DNA from: Eledone cirrhosa
Taxonomy: Eukaryota
Assembly: GCA_964016885.1 (NCBI GenBank)
Contig: OZ024751.1
Span: 41,044,001 to 41,108,000, forward strand
DNA: 64,000 bases
Direction of reading: 5' to 3'
Part shown: one piece after another, positions 42,208 to 55,320 of the stretch
How positions within the stretch are numbered: the stretch's first letter is position 1
Layout: each line of letters opens with the position of its first letter
Notes under the pieces: model-generated
What the model was told of the DNA's origin: nothing
Database searches by the model: none
The model's input: only the letters and a program-made list of their open reading frames with translations
Position numbers and translations under genes: made by a program

Positions 42208-42627
42208 CGAGAGTCGGCTGAATTGTTCATAGGCTGACCAAGATGCTCTCATGGAATGACTAAATGAAGTTTATTTTTCAACATAGTCCCTGGATAGAAA
42301 GAAACAATGCAGTTATTAATTAATTGTATCTACGTTAGGCACAAGGCCAGCAATTACCCAGTGCATTACTGGTACTTTATTTTATCGACCCCGTAAGGAT
42401 GAAAGGAAAAGTTAACCTTGGCGGGATTTGAACTCAGAATGGCAAGGGCCGTAACTCTATACGTCAAAGCATGGCGTCCGACCCTCTACCGATACTGCCA
42501 ATCCACCGCCCCTATAATAATGCAGTTATTAATTAATACGAAGAGTTAAAATTAATGCATGCAAGATTTCACAGCTCTAGCATCACTCCTTCATAGTCAG
42601 CCTATGAACTTTTTCAGTCGACTTTCG
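42208..42627. mobile_element. Mariner-type MITE interrupted by SINE A
   Basis: Same TIRs and interior as 30070-30264. Confidence 0.85.
42322..42512 (-). mobile_element. SINE A with 19-bp target-site duplication, nested in a mariner MITE
   Basis: aatgcagttattaattaat occurs at 42306-42324 and again at 42519-42537. Confidence 0.85.
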
Positions 42628-43101
42628 TATACTCCAGGATCGCCAAAGTCTAATTAAACTGAGTATATTTCATTTGTTTAACGTTATACCTTGATTATTC
42701 CACAATCTAACCATTAATACAATGAGCAAGCGATCAAAGTACACTGAGACGGCTCAAAAATTCTGGTTAATTGATCTACAATTTACTGATCCACTGAAGA
42801 AGGAAAAATAAAACACGAAACACGATACCAATAACAATTTATGGGTCTTTTTATCTTTCAGTCTGGAGGGAATGACATTGTGTCTGAATCTTTTTCAGGA
42901 CCTTTGACCCTTTTTCAGGGCCACTGAAACTGATAGGAAGGGGGGATGTTGGCATCTTCAAACTGGAGCCCTAGTCCGAAAGACTTGTAACAGAAAGGAC
43001 TTCGTTAAAGACACCCGAGAGCCAAACAGTAGTATCAAAAACAACTTTACAAAACTGATATAACAAAGCACACTTCATCTAATAAAAAAACAAATATTAT
43101 A

Positions 43102-43292
43102 ATAATTGTTTCGACTTTAGGCACAAGGCCAGCAATTACCCAGTGCATTACTAATACTTTATTTTATCGACCTCGTAAGGGTGAAAGGCAAAGTCAACCT
43201 CGGCGGGATTTGAACTCAGATCGTAAAGGGGCGTAACTATGCTAGAAAGCATGGCGTCCGACCCTCTACCGATACTGCCAATCCACCGCCCT
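43102..43292 (-). mobile_element. SINE A
   Basis: Near-consensus copy. Confidence 0.8.
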
Positions 43293-43859
43293 ACAAATAT
43301 AATAATAATAATAAATAAATAAACATGGTTCTGTAATAAACTGCTATTCACAACAAACCAATAAAGTAGTCAACAGAAAAATAATACAAAGTTGGGTATA
43401 TTGGTGCCGCTTAATAATGAGCGAAACTCTATCTTCATACGACTTTATTTAGTTAAAAGAAACAGTTGTGTTAATACATATACAAACTATATGGTCCACA
43501 GTATGATCAATTTTTGACACTTTAATAAAATATTACCTAAGATGTATTATATATATATGTTAGTAGCTTAACGGCTATAAATTATTGTTTGTCTTTCGTC
43601 TTTCACCACCTTTGGACAGCGTTCGGCTTATGTCAGACGCTGGGACCCCAGATGAACCAACAGTACCGTTGGTAGAGGTCGAAACTGCTCAAGTCCATCT
43701 CAACGGCCGATGACCATCGAGTTCTGTGTCCTTCATCTGAATGTTTTGTTTTTTTTTATTTTTTTTTAAGGTTTCCCCTTAAAAAATTGTTTTTCCTTTT
43801 GCTTTGTTTCTGTTCGCTGTTTTGTCCTTTCTTTGTTAATTTTCTTAAGTTTATAAAGG

Positions 43860-44050
43860 AACGATCAACTTTCCTCAAATCAGACCGAGGAAACAATGTT
43901 TCCATTGGTCTTTCTAATTGCTAATACTCTCTATCGGTCGCAACTCCAGGTAGAAGGGAAAACGTGAAATAAAATGTCTTGCTAAAGGACAGAACGCATC
44001 GCCTGCTCCGGAATCGAACTCACAACCTCACGATTGCGAATCCAATGTCT
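43860..44050 (-). mobile_element. SINE B, alternative-tail subfamily
   Basis: Reverse complement of 46117-46320. Confidence 0.7.
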
Positions 44051-44052
44051 TA

Positions 44053-44130
<78 letters not shown>

Positions 44131-44162
44131 TATATATGTATATATGTATGTATGTATGTATG

Positions 44163-44194
<32 letters not shown>

Positions 44195-44228
44195 TGTATG
44201 TATGTATGTATGTATGTATGTATGTATG

Positions 44229-44293
<65 letters not shown>

Positions 44294-44489
44294 CACACAT
44301 ATATATATATAATTATTCAACACATACCTGGTCAATGCAGAAGAACGCTCTCTGACATACAGAACGGCCGCCTGGTCCCAAAGCAAGATAGACTATCAAC
44401 TTACTTTCCCCCTAGTAGCAAAATAACAAAATTAGAACTACATTTAGCAGCATTTGTAGTTTGTTATGTAATTACATACGTGGTAGACA

Positions 44490-44660
44490 GGCAGAATTGG
44501 TAGAGCATCGAATAAAAATGACATTGTGGTATTTGTTCTGGTTCTTTATATTCTGAGTTCAAATCCCACTGAGGTCAACTTTGCCTTTCATCCTTCCGGG
44601 GTCGATGAAATAAAGTACCAGTCAAGTACTGGGGTTGATTTAATCAATTTTTTCCTTCAC
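44490..44660 (+). mobile_element. SINE A (diverged)
   Basis: B box and central domain present. Confidence 0.7.
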
Positions 44661-44859
44661 CTAAATCAGAAATCAATTATATGTGTCATCGATTATTTAG
44701 AAGATTTTACTAATAAAGGTAATTCCTTCTTCAACGATTGCAGCCTATTTGGAACAACAGAACAAAACTCTGACTTTACTGAAGTCTAAAGTCTAAACTC
44801 TGTCTTAAGCCAGAAGGCTCACGTGGGCGGTGCTTATCCCGGTTTCATTACGTATATGA

Positions 44860-45562
44860 ACATGTGTATATTAACTCCTCCCCCTTCACTAACGTGTGTA
44901 TACACTAACTCCTCCCCCTACATTAACATATGTATATTAACTCTCCCCCTTTACTAACTTGTGTATACACTAACTCCTCCCCCTACATTAACATATATAG
45001 ATATATAATAACTCCTCCCCCTACATTAACATATATATATATACTAACTCCTCCCCTACATTAACATGTGTCTATTAACTCCTCCCCCTTTACTAACGTG
45101 TGTATACACTAACTCCTCCCCCTACATTAACATGCTTATATTAACTCCTCCCCTTTACTAACTTGTGTATACACTAACTCCTCCCCCTACATTAACATGT
45201 GCATATTAACTCCTCCTCCTTTACTAACTTGTGTATACACTAACTCCTCCCCCTACATTAACATATATATATATACTAACTCCTCCCCTACATTAACATA
45301 TATATATATATACTAACTCCTCCCCCTACATTAACATATATATATATATATATAACTCCTCCCCCTACATTAACATGTGTATATTAACTCCTCCCCCTTT
45401 ACTAACTTGTGTATACACTAACTCCTCCCCCTACATTAACATATATATATATATATACTAACTCCTCCCCCTTACATTAACATATATATATATATATACT
45501 AACTCCTCCCCCTTACATTAACATATATATATATATACTAACTTCTCCCCCTACATTAACAT
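44860..45562. repeat. ~33-bp minisatellite with an internal variable (TA)n
   Basis: Unit taactcctccccctacattaaca(ta)n. Confidence 0.9.
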
Positions 45563-45702
45563 ATAGTAGTTATAGTAGTCATAAAATATAAATCAAGAAT
45601 CGTAAGCTAAACAAATAATATATATATATATATATATTTATTTGATATATATTTATCCTTACCGAGCCCTCTTTGGATTTTAGTCTTCAAATTTATTATT
45701 AT

Positions 45703-45757
<55 letters not shown>

Positions 45758-46116
45758 ACATAAACAGAGAAAGCCTTAAGCGATTCTCCGACCAACTCCA
45801 TCTCACTCAACAAACATTAGGATATACTTAAGTATTTTCCCAATTTAGTGTTTGGGGTGCTAACTAATCAGTATTTCGTGGATAGGTGGTTGTATTATTT
45901 TATATGAGACATAAATAAATATCTCTTTCCTTCCAGACGGCCATTTCGTTATAAGATTTCTACAATTTGGGATAAATAATTTCCAGGTTATGTAGAAACT
46001 TGTATATAATCCATAGTTTTATACACAAGCGGGCTCTTATAAACTCATCAGTGGATGCCCAAATAATATCGTTATAAGAATTATATCGATATTAATAGAA
46101 TATATATATACTAAGT

Positions 46117-46320
46117 GAAGGCGCATGGTTGAGTGGTTAGAGAATTGGATTCACAATCTTGAGACTGTGAGTTCGATTTCTGGACAGGGTGATGCGTTAT
46201 GTCCTTGAGCAAGACACTTTATTTCACGTTGCTCCTTCTACCTGGAGTTGCGACCGATAGATAGTACTAGCAACTGGAAAGACCGACAGAAACATTGTTT
46301 CCTCCGTCCGATTTGACGAA
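46117..46320 (+). mobile_element. SINE B, alternative-tail subfamily
   Basis: Same head and core, then ctacctggagttgcgaccgatag...aaacattgtttcctc. Confidence 0.75.
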
Positions 46321-46465
46321 AGTCGATCGATCCATTACATATATACTAACTTCTCTGCCAGAGAGACAGAAAATAAGAACACACACACACAGTGCAATAC
46401 GTAACTGATAACATACATATGCACCTGGTGATGAAGTAGAAACATGCATGAAACTAATAGCAGTG

Positions 46466-46496
<31 letters not shown>

Positions 46497-46659
46497 CAGC
46501 ACCAGTAGTAGTAGTAGTAGTAGTAGTTGTAGTAGTCATAAAATATAAATCAAGAATCGTAAGCTAAACAAATAATATATATATATATATATATATATAA
46601 TAAGGGTTGAAGGACCCAGTATATTTATATATATATATATGTATACATATGTATATATG

Positions 46660-46696
<37 letters not shown>

Positions 46697-46969
46697 GTAT
46701 GTATACATATGTATATATGTATATATATATATACATACACAATATATATACATATACAATATGTACATATGTTATATATATATATATATATAATTAATAA
46801 TGAATTAATGATAATTAAAGATCAAAGGGATTCTGAATCCGCTTTTCTCTTTCATGTAAAAAGATGGAGATTATTGAAAATATCGGTTCTTGATTAGATT
46901 GTCTTGAACTGGGGCTTAAATCTTGCTTATTTCAGTGGTTCTTACTGAAGGGGAGGGAGTGGACGGTGA

Positions 46970-49498
46970 TGTGGTGTGGTGTTGTGTGGTCTGGGAGAGA
47001 GGGGACGGTGATATGGTGTGGTGTGGTGTAGTGGTGTGTAGTGTGGTGTTGGAGAGAGTGGACAGTGCTGTGGTGTGGTGTGGTGTAGTGTGGTGTAGTG
47101 TGGTGTGGTCTGGTGTAGCGTGGTATAGTGTAGTTGATGTGCTGTGGTGTGGTGTAGTATGGTGTGGTGTCTGTAGTGTAGTGTAGTGTAGTGTAGTGTA
47201 GTGTAGTGTAGTGTAGTGTAGTGTAGTGTGGTGTGGTGTGGTGTGGTGTGGTGTAGTGTGGTGTGGTGTAGTGTGGTATAGTGTAGTTGATGTGCTGTGG
47301 TGTGGTGTAGTATGGTGTGGTGTCTGTAGTGTAGTGTAGTGTGGTGTGGTGTGGTGTGGTGTGGTGTGGTGTGGTGTGGTGTAGTGTGGTGTGGTGTAGT
47401 GTTGTGTAGTGTGGTGTGGTGTGGTGTTGTGTAGTGTGGTGTTGTGTAGTGTGGTGTAGTGTGGTGTGGTGTAGTGTAGTGTGATGTTGTGTAGTGTGGT
47501 GTGGTGTGATGTGGTATAGTGTGGTGTGGTGTGGTATAGTGTGGTGTGGTGTAATGAGGTGTAGTTTGGTGTGGTATAGTGTGGTGTGGTGTGGTATAGT
47601 GTGGTGTGGTGTAATGTGGTGTGGTGTAGTGTGGTGTTGTGTAGTGGTGTGGTGTGGTGTGGTGTAGTGTGGTGTGGTGTGTTGTGTAGTGTAGTGTGGT
47701 GTGATGTAGTGTGATGTTGTGTAGTGTGGTGTAGTGTGGTGTGGTGTTGTGTAGTGGTGTTGTGTAGTGTAGTGTGGTGTTGTGTTGTGTAGTGTAGTGT
47801 GGTGTAGTGTGGTGTGGTGTAGTGTGGTGTTGTGTAGTGTGGTGTTGTGTAGTGTGGTGTGGTGTGATGTAGTGTGGTGTTGTGTAGTGTGGTGTAGTGT
47901 GGTGTAGTGTGGTGTTGTGTAGTGGTGTGGTGTGATGTAGTGTGGTGTAGTGTAGTGTAGTGTGGTGTGGTGTGATGTGGTGTAGTGTGCTGTTGTGTAG
48001 TGGTGTGGTGTGATGTAGTGTGGTGTAGTGTAGTGTGGTGTGGTGTGATGTAGTGTGGTGTTGTGTAGTGTGGTGTTGTGTAGTGTAGTGTGGCGTGATG
48101 TAGTGTGGTGTAGTGTGGTGGTGTGTAGTGTGGTGTAGTGTGGTGTGGTATTGTGTGCTGTTGTGTAGTGGTGTGGTGTGATGTAGTGTGGTGTGGTGTA
48201 GTGTGGTGGTGTGTAGTGTGGTGTAGTGTGGTGTTGTGTGGTGTTCTGTAGTGGTGGTGGTGTGGTGTTGTGTAGTGTAGTGTGGTGTTATGTAGTGTGG
48301 TGTTGTGTAGTGTGGTGTGGTGTAGTGTGGTGGTGTGTAATGTGGTGTAGTGTGGTGTGGTGTTGTGTAGTGGTGTGGTGTGGTGTTGAGTAGTGTAGTG
48401 TGGTGTGATGTAGTGTGGTGTAGTGTAGTGTGGTGTTGTGTAGTGGTGTGGTGTTGTGTAGTGTAGTGTGGTGTGATGTAGTGTGGTGTAGTGTAGTGTG
48501 GTGTGGTGTGGTGTAGTGTGCTGTTGTGTAGTGGTGTGGTGTAATGTAGTGTGGTGTGGTGTAGTGTGGTGGTGTGTAGTGTGGTGTAGTGTGGTGTTGT
48601 GTAGTGTGGTGGTGTGTAGTGGTGTGATGTAGTGTAGTGTAGTGTAGTGTAGTGTGGTGTGGTGTGGTGTAGTGTGGTGTTGTGTAGTGGTGTGGTGTGA
48701 TGTAGTGTGGTGTTGTGTAGTGTAGTGTGGTGTGGTGTAGTGTGGTGTTGTGTAGTGGTGTGGTGTGGTGTAGTGTGTATTGAAGTGGGAGAGAGTGGAC
48801 GGTGCTGTGGTGTGTATATATATATGTGTGACAGTTATGTAGAAGTGGGGGGTGTATGGCTGATGACAGCAGTAGCTGTATCAGTGGTGGTGGTGGTGGT
48901 GTTGTTTTTGTTGGTGGTGGTGGTGGTGGTGGTAGTGGTGGTGATGGTGGTGTTGTTGTTGGTGGTGGTAGTGGTGGTGGTGGTGATGGTGGTATTGTTG
49001 CTGTGCTCGTTGGTAATGTTGGTGGCGATGGTGGTGGTGGGAGGTGGGGGGGGGGTAATGCTAGTCGGAAGTGAATAGTTTAATTGGAGTCTTATTGGCC
49101 GTTGTCGAATAGATTGGGCCGAGGGTGGGGTGTGGGCGGGGTGGGGGAGAGCGTGTTATGGGGGTGTGGTGTGGGGGTGAGGTGGGAGAGTGTAGTGTGG
49201 GTGGGGATGTGGTGTGGGGGTGGGTGGAGAGTGTGGTGAGGTGGGGGTACGGTGTGAGAGTGTGGTGGTGTGGTGTGGTGTGGTGTGGTGTGGTGTGGTG
49301 TGGTGTGGTGTGGTGTGGTGTGGTGTGGTGTGGTGTGGTGTGGTGTGGTGGAGTGTTGGGGGTGTAGTGGGGTGGGGTTGGAAATAAATGACTTTCTCTC
49401 ATCATAATTTTTCCCAGTAAACTACTCGGAAGATGAAAAGATGGTCAACGGAAGAAAACTGGCTGGAATTAAATCTTCAAAGAAAATTAAACAAATAG

Positions 49499-49536
<38 letters not shown>

Positions 49537-49597
49537 GGTGGTGGTGGTGGTAGTAGTATTGGTGGTGGTGGTGGTGGTGGCGGTGGTGGTGGTAGTG

Positions 49598-49632
<35 letters not shown>

Positions 49633-49975
49633 GGTGGTGGTGGTGGTTGTAGTAGTATTGGTGGTGGTAGTGCTAGTGCTAGTAGCAGTGGTGGTGGTGG
49701 TGCTGCTGCTGGCGGTAGTGGTTGTGGTAGCGGCGGTGATGGTCGCGGTAGTAGTAATGGTAGTAGTGGTGGTGGTAGTAATGATGGTGGTGGTCGTCGT
49801 CGTAGTGGTGGTGTTGGTGGTAGTAGCAGTGGTGTCGGGGAGGTAGTGGTGGTAGTAGTAGTGGTGGTGGTGGTGGTAGTAGTGGGGCTGGTAGTGGTAA
49901 TAGTGGGGCTGGTAGTGGTAGTGGTGGGGTGATAGTAGTAATGGTGGTAGTAGTAGTAGTGGTAGTAGTAGTGGT
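46970..49975. repeat. (GTGTG/GTGTA)n pentamer and (GGT/AGT)n arrays
   Basis: Direct inspection. Confidence 0.95.
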
Positions 49976-50997
49976 ATGTATACGTCTTTTTTAATGTATC
50001 AGAAGTTTCTGGTGTTAGGTTTCATAAGAGAGTAAAAGAAAAAAAAAATTGTCCGCGTCTTCGTAATATAATTCTAGTAATAATAATAATAATTCATTAA
50101 ATAGGCAGAAAGTTCCAGAGTTATGTGACTCAAGGATAATCATGTCATTCCAATTTGAGGTTTGGGAGAAGTGAAATGCAGCACCATATTTAGACATTGG
50201 GGAGTCCCAGGCAGTTCTAGGCCCCTCATATAACAACAGCAAACATTTTAAGAACGTTTACCTGCTAAAGACTGATCTTGCCAGCCCCATGAATAACCTC
50301 TATCATATTAACTGCTTTTTCCTTCAACAAAATCTGGCTTTCACTTCTTCCACCATCACCCCTCTCACCCAGTTACTTTTAGCCTTCCTCAACACGTGAC
50401 CCAACCATCTCATTCCATTTCTCTTTACAACAATCACTGGCTCTATTCTTCTCACCCAGTCACTTTCATCCTTCCTCTACACATGACCCAACCATCTCAT
50501 TTCATTTCTATTCACCACATTCATCACTGGCTCTATTTCTCTCACCCATCTATAAATTATTCAACAATGAATTAGCATAGCATCTCTGCTTTTGATGTTT
50601 TGTTGTCGTTGCTTGTTTTTGATATTTCAATAAGGTATATTTGTTAGTATAGCAACCCAGTTTCTTTTAATCGATACAGGGTTATTCCAGTAAAATCCCT
50701 GTTTGTTGATCTCCTCAAAAACACATCAATCATTTTGCTCCCACCAGCTGTCAAACACAACAAGGATATAAAATAAACCTCAAAGAAATATATTTAGGGT
50801 GATTTGGTCTTCAACAGCCAACCTACCAATCTCCCAAAATACTAATTTAACTTGCCAGGTAAGACATTATAACAAATAAACTCATGTCTGCTTGCTAAAA
50901 CATGAAAACATGGCTAGACTTCTGTATCAAAACCTTTCAGGTGCAATTTTCGTGCAATACATCTTCTGGGAAGTTTATATATATATATACACACACA

Positions 50998-51092
50998 CAG
51001 TGCCCCCCAAAAAATGTATACACTCTTTGATTACCTGTACAGGCAATATTTATTAGAATGCAGTCTTTGTGTATACATATTTTGGGACACCC

Positions 51093-51094
<2 letters not shown>
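50998..51094. mobile_element. Small Tc1-type MITE
   Basis: CAGTGCCCCCCAAAAAATGTATACAC / GTGTATACATATTTTGGGACACCCTG. Confidence 0.65.
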
Positions 51095-51165
<71 letters not shown>

Positions 51166-51584
51166 AACAAACATATATATATATAGCTGATCTTTCGGAC
51201 TTATGTGTGTGTGTGTATATATATCATCATCATCATCACCATTTTACGTCCGCTTTTCCCTGCTTAGAGAGAGAGAGAGAGAGAGAAGGAGAAAACACAA
51301 CGATGACATATCAGTAGGAAAAGAGACTTAACATTTCAGACGTTGATCCTTCATCAGAAGAGAGAATGAAGGAGGAAGACTTGCTGGCCTTGTGCCTAAA
51401 TTAGATATTATTACTACAAACTACTACTACATATCATGAATAACAAATATTTAAACCAATAAAATTAAACTTGTAAATATTTAATTCCATTTGGAAAAGG
51501 AAGTTTATAAAAAGAAATTCACCATCTTCCATATAAAATACATCTGTTGAATTTTAATCTTCTTCAGAAATTTGATTTGTTTTG

Positions 51585-51590
51585 TTTATT
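51585..51590 (-). promoter_or_regulatory. Candidate poly(A) signal of CHMP2B
   Basis: AATAAA on the - strand about 170 nt after the stop codon. The context is AT-rich, so the evidence is weak. Confidence 0.35.
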
Positions 51591-51760
51591 TAATTTTGAA
51601 TTTCAAATTAAAAAGTTTCATATTAGCATCATATTTTTTATGTACAAAGAAACATTTCACTGAACATTAAATAGGAATTGTGCTTTCATTTGTTGCTCAT
51701 AAGTTCTTTAGTGATCATCAGTTATTGATCACAAGTTCTTCAGGAATCATCAGTTATTGA

Positions 51761-51868
51761 TCACAAGTTCTTCAGTGCAGCCAACTGCTGTGCAATTTCA
51801 TCATCAGTGACTTTTGAATTTGATGCTTGGCTTAAGGAACCTTTAAGTGGGGATGGGGCTTCACCCAT
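51761..51868 (-). CDS. CHMP2B: CHMP2B exon 8 (terminal, MIM1-like tail)
   Basis: Acceptor caatag|. Encodes MGEAPSPLKGSLSQASNSKVTDDEIAQQLAALKNL*. The eight exons sum to 642 nt = 213 aa with consistent phases. Confidence 0.9.
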   Translation of the reverse strand: MGEAPSPLKGSLSQASNSKVTDDEIAQQLAALKNL

Positions 51869-51929
51869 CTATTGGGAAAAAAAGAAAAGAAAGAAGACAT
51901 TAAATTACTGTTCTAACGACAGACACTTC

Positions 51930-52252
51930 TACAGAATATATACACTCCACCACAAGCAACATACACCAGAATATATATACATCACCACAATATATACTCC
52001 ATCACAAGCAACATAAACCAGAATATATATACACACCACAAGCAACATACACCAGAATATATTCATCACCACAATATATATACACTCCATCACAAGCAAC
52101 ATACACCAGAATATATATACACACCACAAGCAACATACACTAGAATATATATACACCACCTTAAGCAACTTAAACTAGGATATATATACACACCACAAGC
52201 AACATACACCAGAATATATACATCACCACAATATATATACACACCACAAGCA
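51930..52252. repeat. Minisatellite in CHMP2B intron 7
   Basis: Unit cacaagcaacatacaccagaatatatatacac. Confidence 0.85.
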
Positions 52253-52537
52253 AAAATAGGCAAAAATCCAAACCCCGTTTATAAACCGAGGCAGCTAATC
52301 AATACAATGATTAGATGGAGTATATAACCCAAACTTCCATTTTACCATCGATTTTGGGGGGTCACATACTCCATGGCTTACATTTGAGTATGTACAGTAC
52401 CTTTATATATTGATAAATATTTTTATATCTTACACAAACCTACAAACCCAATCAATCATATTTCCATTCATCCTAGAGGTGCAGATAAAATAAATAAAAA
52501 AATTTGAAAAAAAAAAGATGAAATAAATGCTATTTAC

Positions 52538-52644
52538 TTTTCCAGAAATTTCAATTCCAATTTCATCCAAGACCTGGTTAACAATGGCATCTTCTCCTTC
52601 TTCATCTCCTTCTTCTGTGAATATGTCATCCAGGGTGTCATTGA
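52538..52644 (-). CDS. CHMP2B: CHMP2B exon 7
   Basis: Acceptor ctccag| and donor |gtaaat. Encodes INDTLDDIFTEEGDEEGEDAIVNQVLDEIGIEISGK, nearly identical to human CHMP2B. Confidence 0.95.
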
Positions 52645-52705
52645 CTGGAGTAAACAAAATAGATGACGGATGTGAGTACAACTTGAGCTGAGAATAATTA
52701 TTTTT

Positions 52706-53570
52706 TAATAATTGTCTCTACTTTTGGCACAAGGCCAGCAATTATCCCAGTGCATTACTGGTACTTTATTTTATCAACCCCGTAAGGATGAAAGGCAAAG
52801 TCAACCTCGGCGGGATTTAAACTCAGACTGTAAAGGGACGTAACTATGCTAGAAAGCATGGCGTCCAATCCTCTACCGATACTGCCAATCCACCGCCTGT
52901 CAGTAATAATAATAATGGTTTCTTATATAGGCACAAGGCCAGCAATTGGGGGGGGGGGGGAGTTGATTAAATTGACTCCAGCACGTGACTGAGACTTTAT
53001 TTTATCAACCCCGTAAAATAAAGTATCAGCAATAATAATAATAATAATAATTGTCTCTACTTTAGGCACAAGGCCAGCAATTACTCAGTACATTACTGGT
53101 ACTTTATTTTATCGACCCCGTAAGGATGAAAGGCAAAGTCAACCTCGGTGGGATTTGAACTCAGATCGTAAAGGGACGTAACTATGCTGGAAAGCATGGC
53201 GTCTGACCTTCTACTGATAAAGGTTTCTTATATAGGCACAAGGCCAGCAATTTTGGGGGCAGGGGACAGTCGATTAAATCGACCCCAGTGCGTGACTGGT
53301 ACTTTATTTTATCGACCCCGTAAAGCAAAGTTAACCTCGGCAGGATTTGAACTCAGATTATAAGGGGCCGTAACTCTATGCGTCAAAGCATGGCGTCGGA
53401 CCCTCTACCGATACTGCCAATCCACCAACCTTTTTTAATAATAATAATAACTGTTTCTACTTTAGGCACAAGGCCAGCAATTTTGGGGAGAGGAAAAGTC
53501 GATTAAATCAACCCCAGTGCATTACGGGTACTTTATTTTATCAATCCCATAAAATAAAGTATCAGCAATA
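52706..53570 (-). mobile_element. Head-to-tail array of about 5 SINE A copies/fragments filling CHMP2B intron 6
   Basis: ggcacaaggccagcaa recurs at ~52725, 52930, 53065, 53235 and 53465, mostly joined by (AAT)n. Confidence 0.85.
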
Positions 53571-53608
53571 ATAATAAGAACAACAACAACAATAATATCT
53601 ATTCTTAC

Positions 53609-53711
53609 TCATTTCTTCAGACATCTCCATCTTTGTGGATTCCCGTTGGAAATCTTGCATCATTTGCATAGTCTTCTTTGGATCCATAACTTTGTTCATC
53701 TGAGTCATGGT
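53609..53711 (-). CDS. CHMP2B: CHMP2B exon 6
   Basis: Acceptor acacag| and donor A|gtaaga. Encodes TMTQMNKVMDPKKTMQMMQDFQRESTKMEMSEEM. Confidence 0.92.
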
Positions 53712-53991
53712 CTGTGTAAAAATATGGAGGGGGTAGATTTAATGTTTTGTGAAAATCATCATTGATAAGGATATTGAGACCAAACCATCCCCAAAACCGG
53801 TTCTGGTTCTATGAAACAAAACCACCCATTTAAAAAAACAACAACTGCAGAATGAATACATTTGGTCATAGGTCTGATTGGTCAGGGTTGACATGAGGAC
53901 AAACAACAACAATAACAACTACAGTCTACTCCCATCAAACAGAACAAAACATACACAACACGTAAAAAACAGAAAAAATGGGCAGGTTTAC

Positions 53992-54042
53992 CTTTGTTGT
54001 GGTACTCATAGCATCAGCCATTTTAAGATTGGAATGCATCAT
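53992..54042 (-). CDS. CHMP2B: CHMP2B exon 5
   Basis: Acceptor ttttcag| and donor |gtaaac. Encodes MMHSNLKMADAMSTTTK. Confidence 0.9.
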
Positions 54043-54070
54043 CTGAAAAGACAGAACAGGTAAACTTCTT

Positions 54071-54260
54071 TCATCATCATCATCATCTTCATTTAACGTC
54101 CATTTTCCACGCTAGCATGGGTTAGACGGGAGTTGTCCCACTTGAGGCAAGGCTGGTCGGGTGACCGTGTCTCGCTCATATAGGACTATCTGGCAGGTTT
54201 TCTACGGCTGGATGCCCTTCCTAACACCAACCACATTTACAGTGTGGAACTGGGAACTTT
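54071..54260 (-). mobile_element. SINE 3' part with (ATG)n tail (also 55940-56085 on +)
   Basis: ggttggtgttaggaagggcatccagc.gtagaaa and ggaaaa.tggacgt.aaatga(tga)n are shared between the copies. Confidence 0.65.
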
Positions 54261-54524
54261 TTACCGTGTTACCTACACGACCACATTACAGCGTGGACTG
54301 TGTGTGTTTTTTTTTTGTCGTGACACCTACATGAACTCGATCTCATTTTCTCGTGCTGATGGTGGGAGTGGGAGGATAGGGTAGGGGTAGTGGATTGGGG
54401 TGTATATTTGGTTAAGAGGTGCCTACTGTCTGTAGGTTTCGCTTTGTACATAGGCAAGGTGGGTCTTCTGTATAACTGCGTAGCGCCAAAGATTACTTTT
54501 CTGTTTACATTTATTTTTAATGAT

Positions 54525-54772
54525 CAACAAGATCCCAGACCTCTTTCGCATACCCATTGGGGTGAAACTCACTAGATCGGACCAAGGAAACAATGTTTCC
54601 ATTGCTCTTTCCAATTGTCAATGCTATCTACCAGTCGCACCTCCTGGCAGAAGGAACAATATGAAATAAAGTATCTTGCTCAAGGACATAACACATCACT
54701 CAGGTTGGGAATCAAACTCACTATCTCATGATTGTGAATCCAATTCCCTAACCACAAAGCCACATGCCTTCC
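54525..54772 (-). mobile_element. SINE B, alternative-tail subfamily
   Basis: Homologous to 46117-46320 and 31360-31580. Confidence 0.7.
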
Positions 54773-54918
54773 CTATTATTCCTTATGGCCCTTTCACTTG
54801 CTTTCTTCTTTACAATGTTCCATATTGAGGGAAAAGAGGGCACAACATGACAACTAGAAGTAAATATATGAAGGTAATAAACAACACACACAGACATGGT
54901 GTGTCTAGGTAGCTAGAC

Positions 54919-55114
54919 TGAGGGTCAGTTGAAAAGTTCATAGGCTGACTATGAAGGATTGATGTTAGAGTTGTGAAATCTTGCATGTATTAATTTCAAC
55001 TCTTCTTATTAATAACTGCATTGTTTTTTTTCAGGGACTATGTTGAAAAATATACCTCCTTTGGTCATTCCATGAGTATTTTGGTCAGTCTATGAACTTT
55101 TCAGCCGACCCTAG
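54919..55114. mobile_element. Mariner-type MITE (opposite orientation)
   Basis: Same family, in reverse. Confidence 0.85.
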
Positions 55115-55320
55115 TATACATATCTCTTCGCCGAGTTATTCGTGAGACGGTCATGAGGACAGAGTCCTCAAACACTCCTTCCAGCGGGTCCTGTCAGAAT
55201 CAACCATCTCCAACTGGTCCGGCTAGATCCCCAAGCGTGACCAGCCAAGCTCATAGATGTTATCCAGCCATGTTGCTCAGGGTTGTATACACATTAAGCA
55301 AAAAATTAATTTCAACTTAC

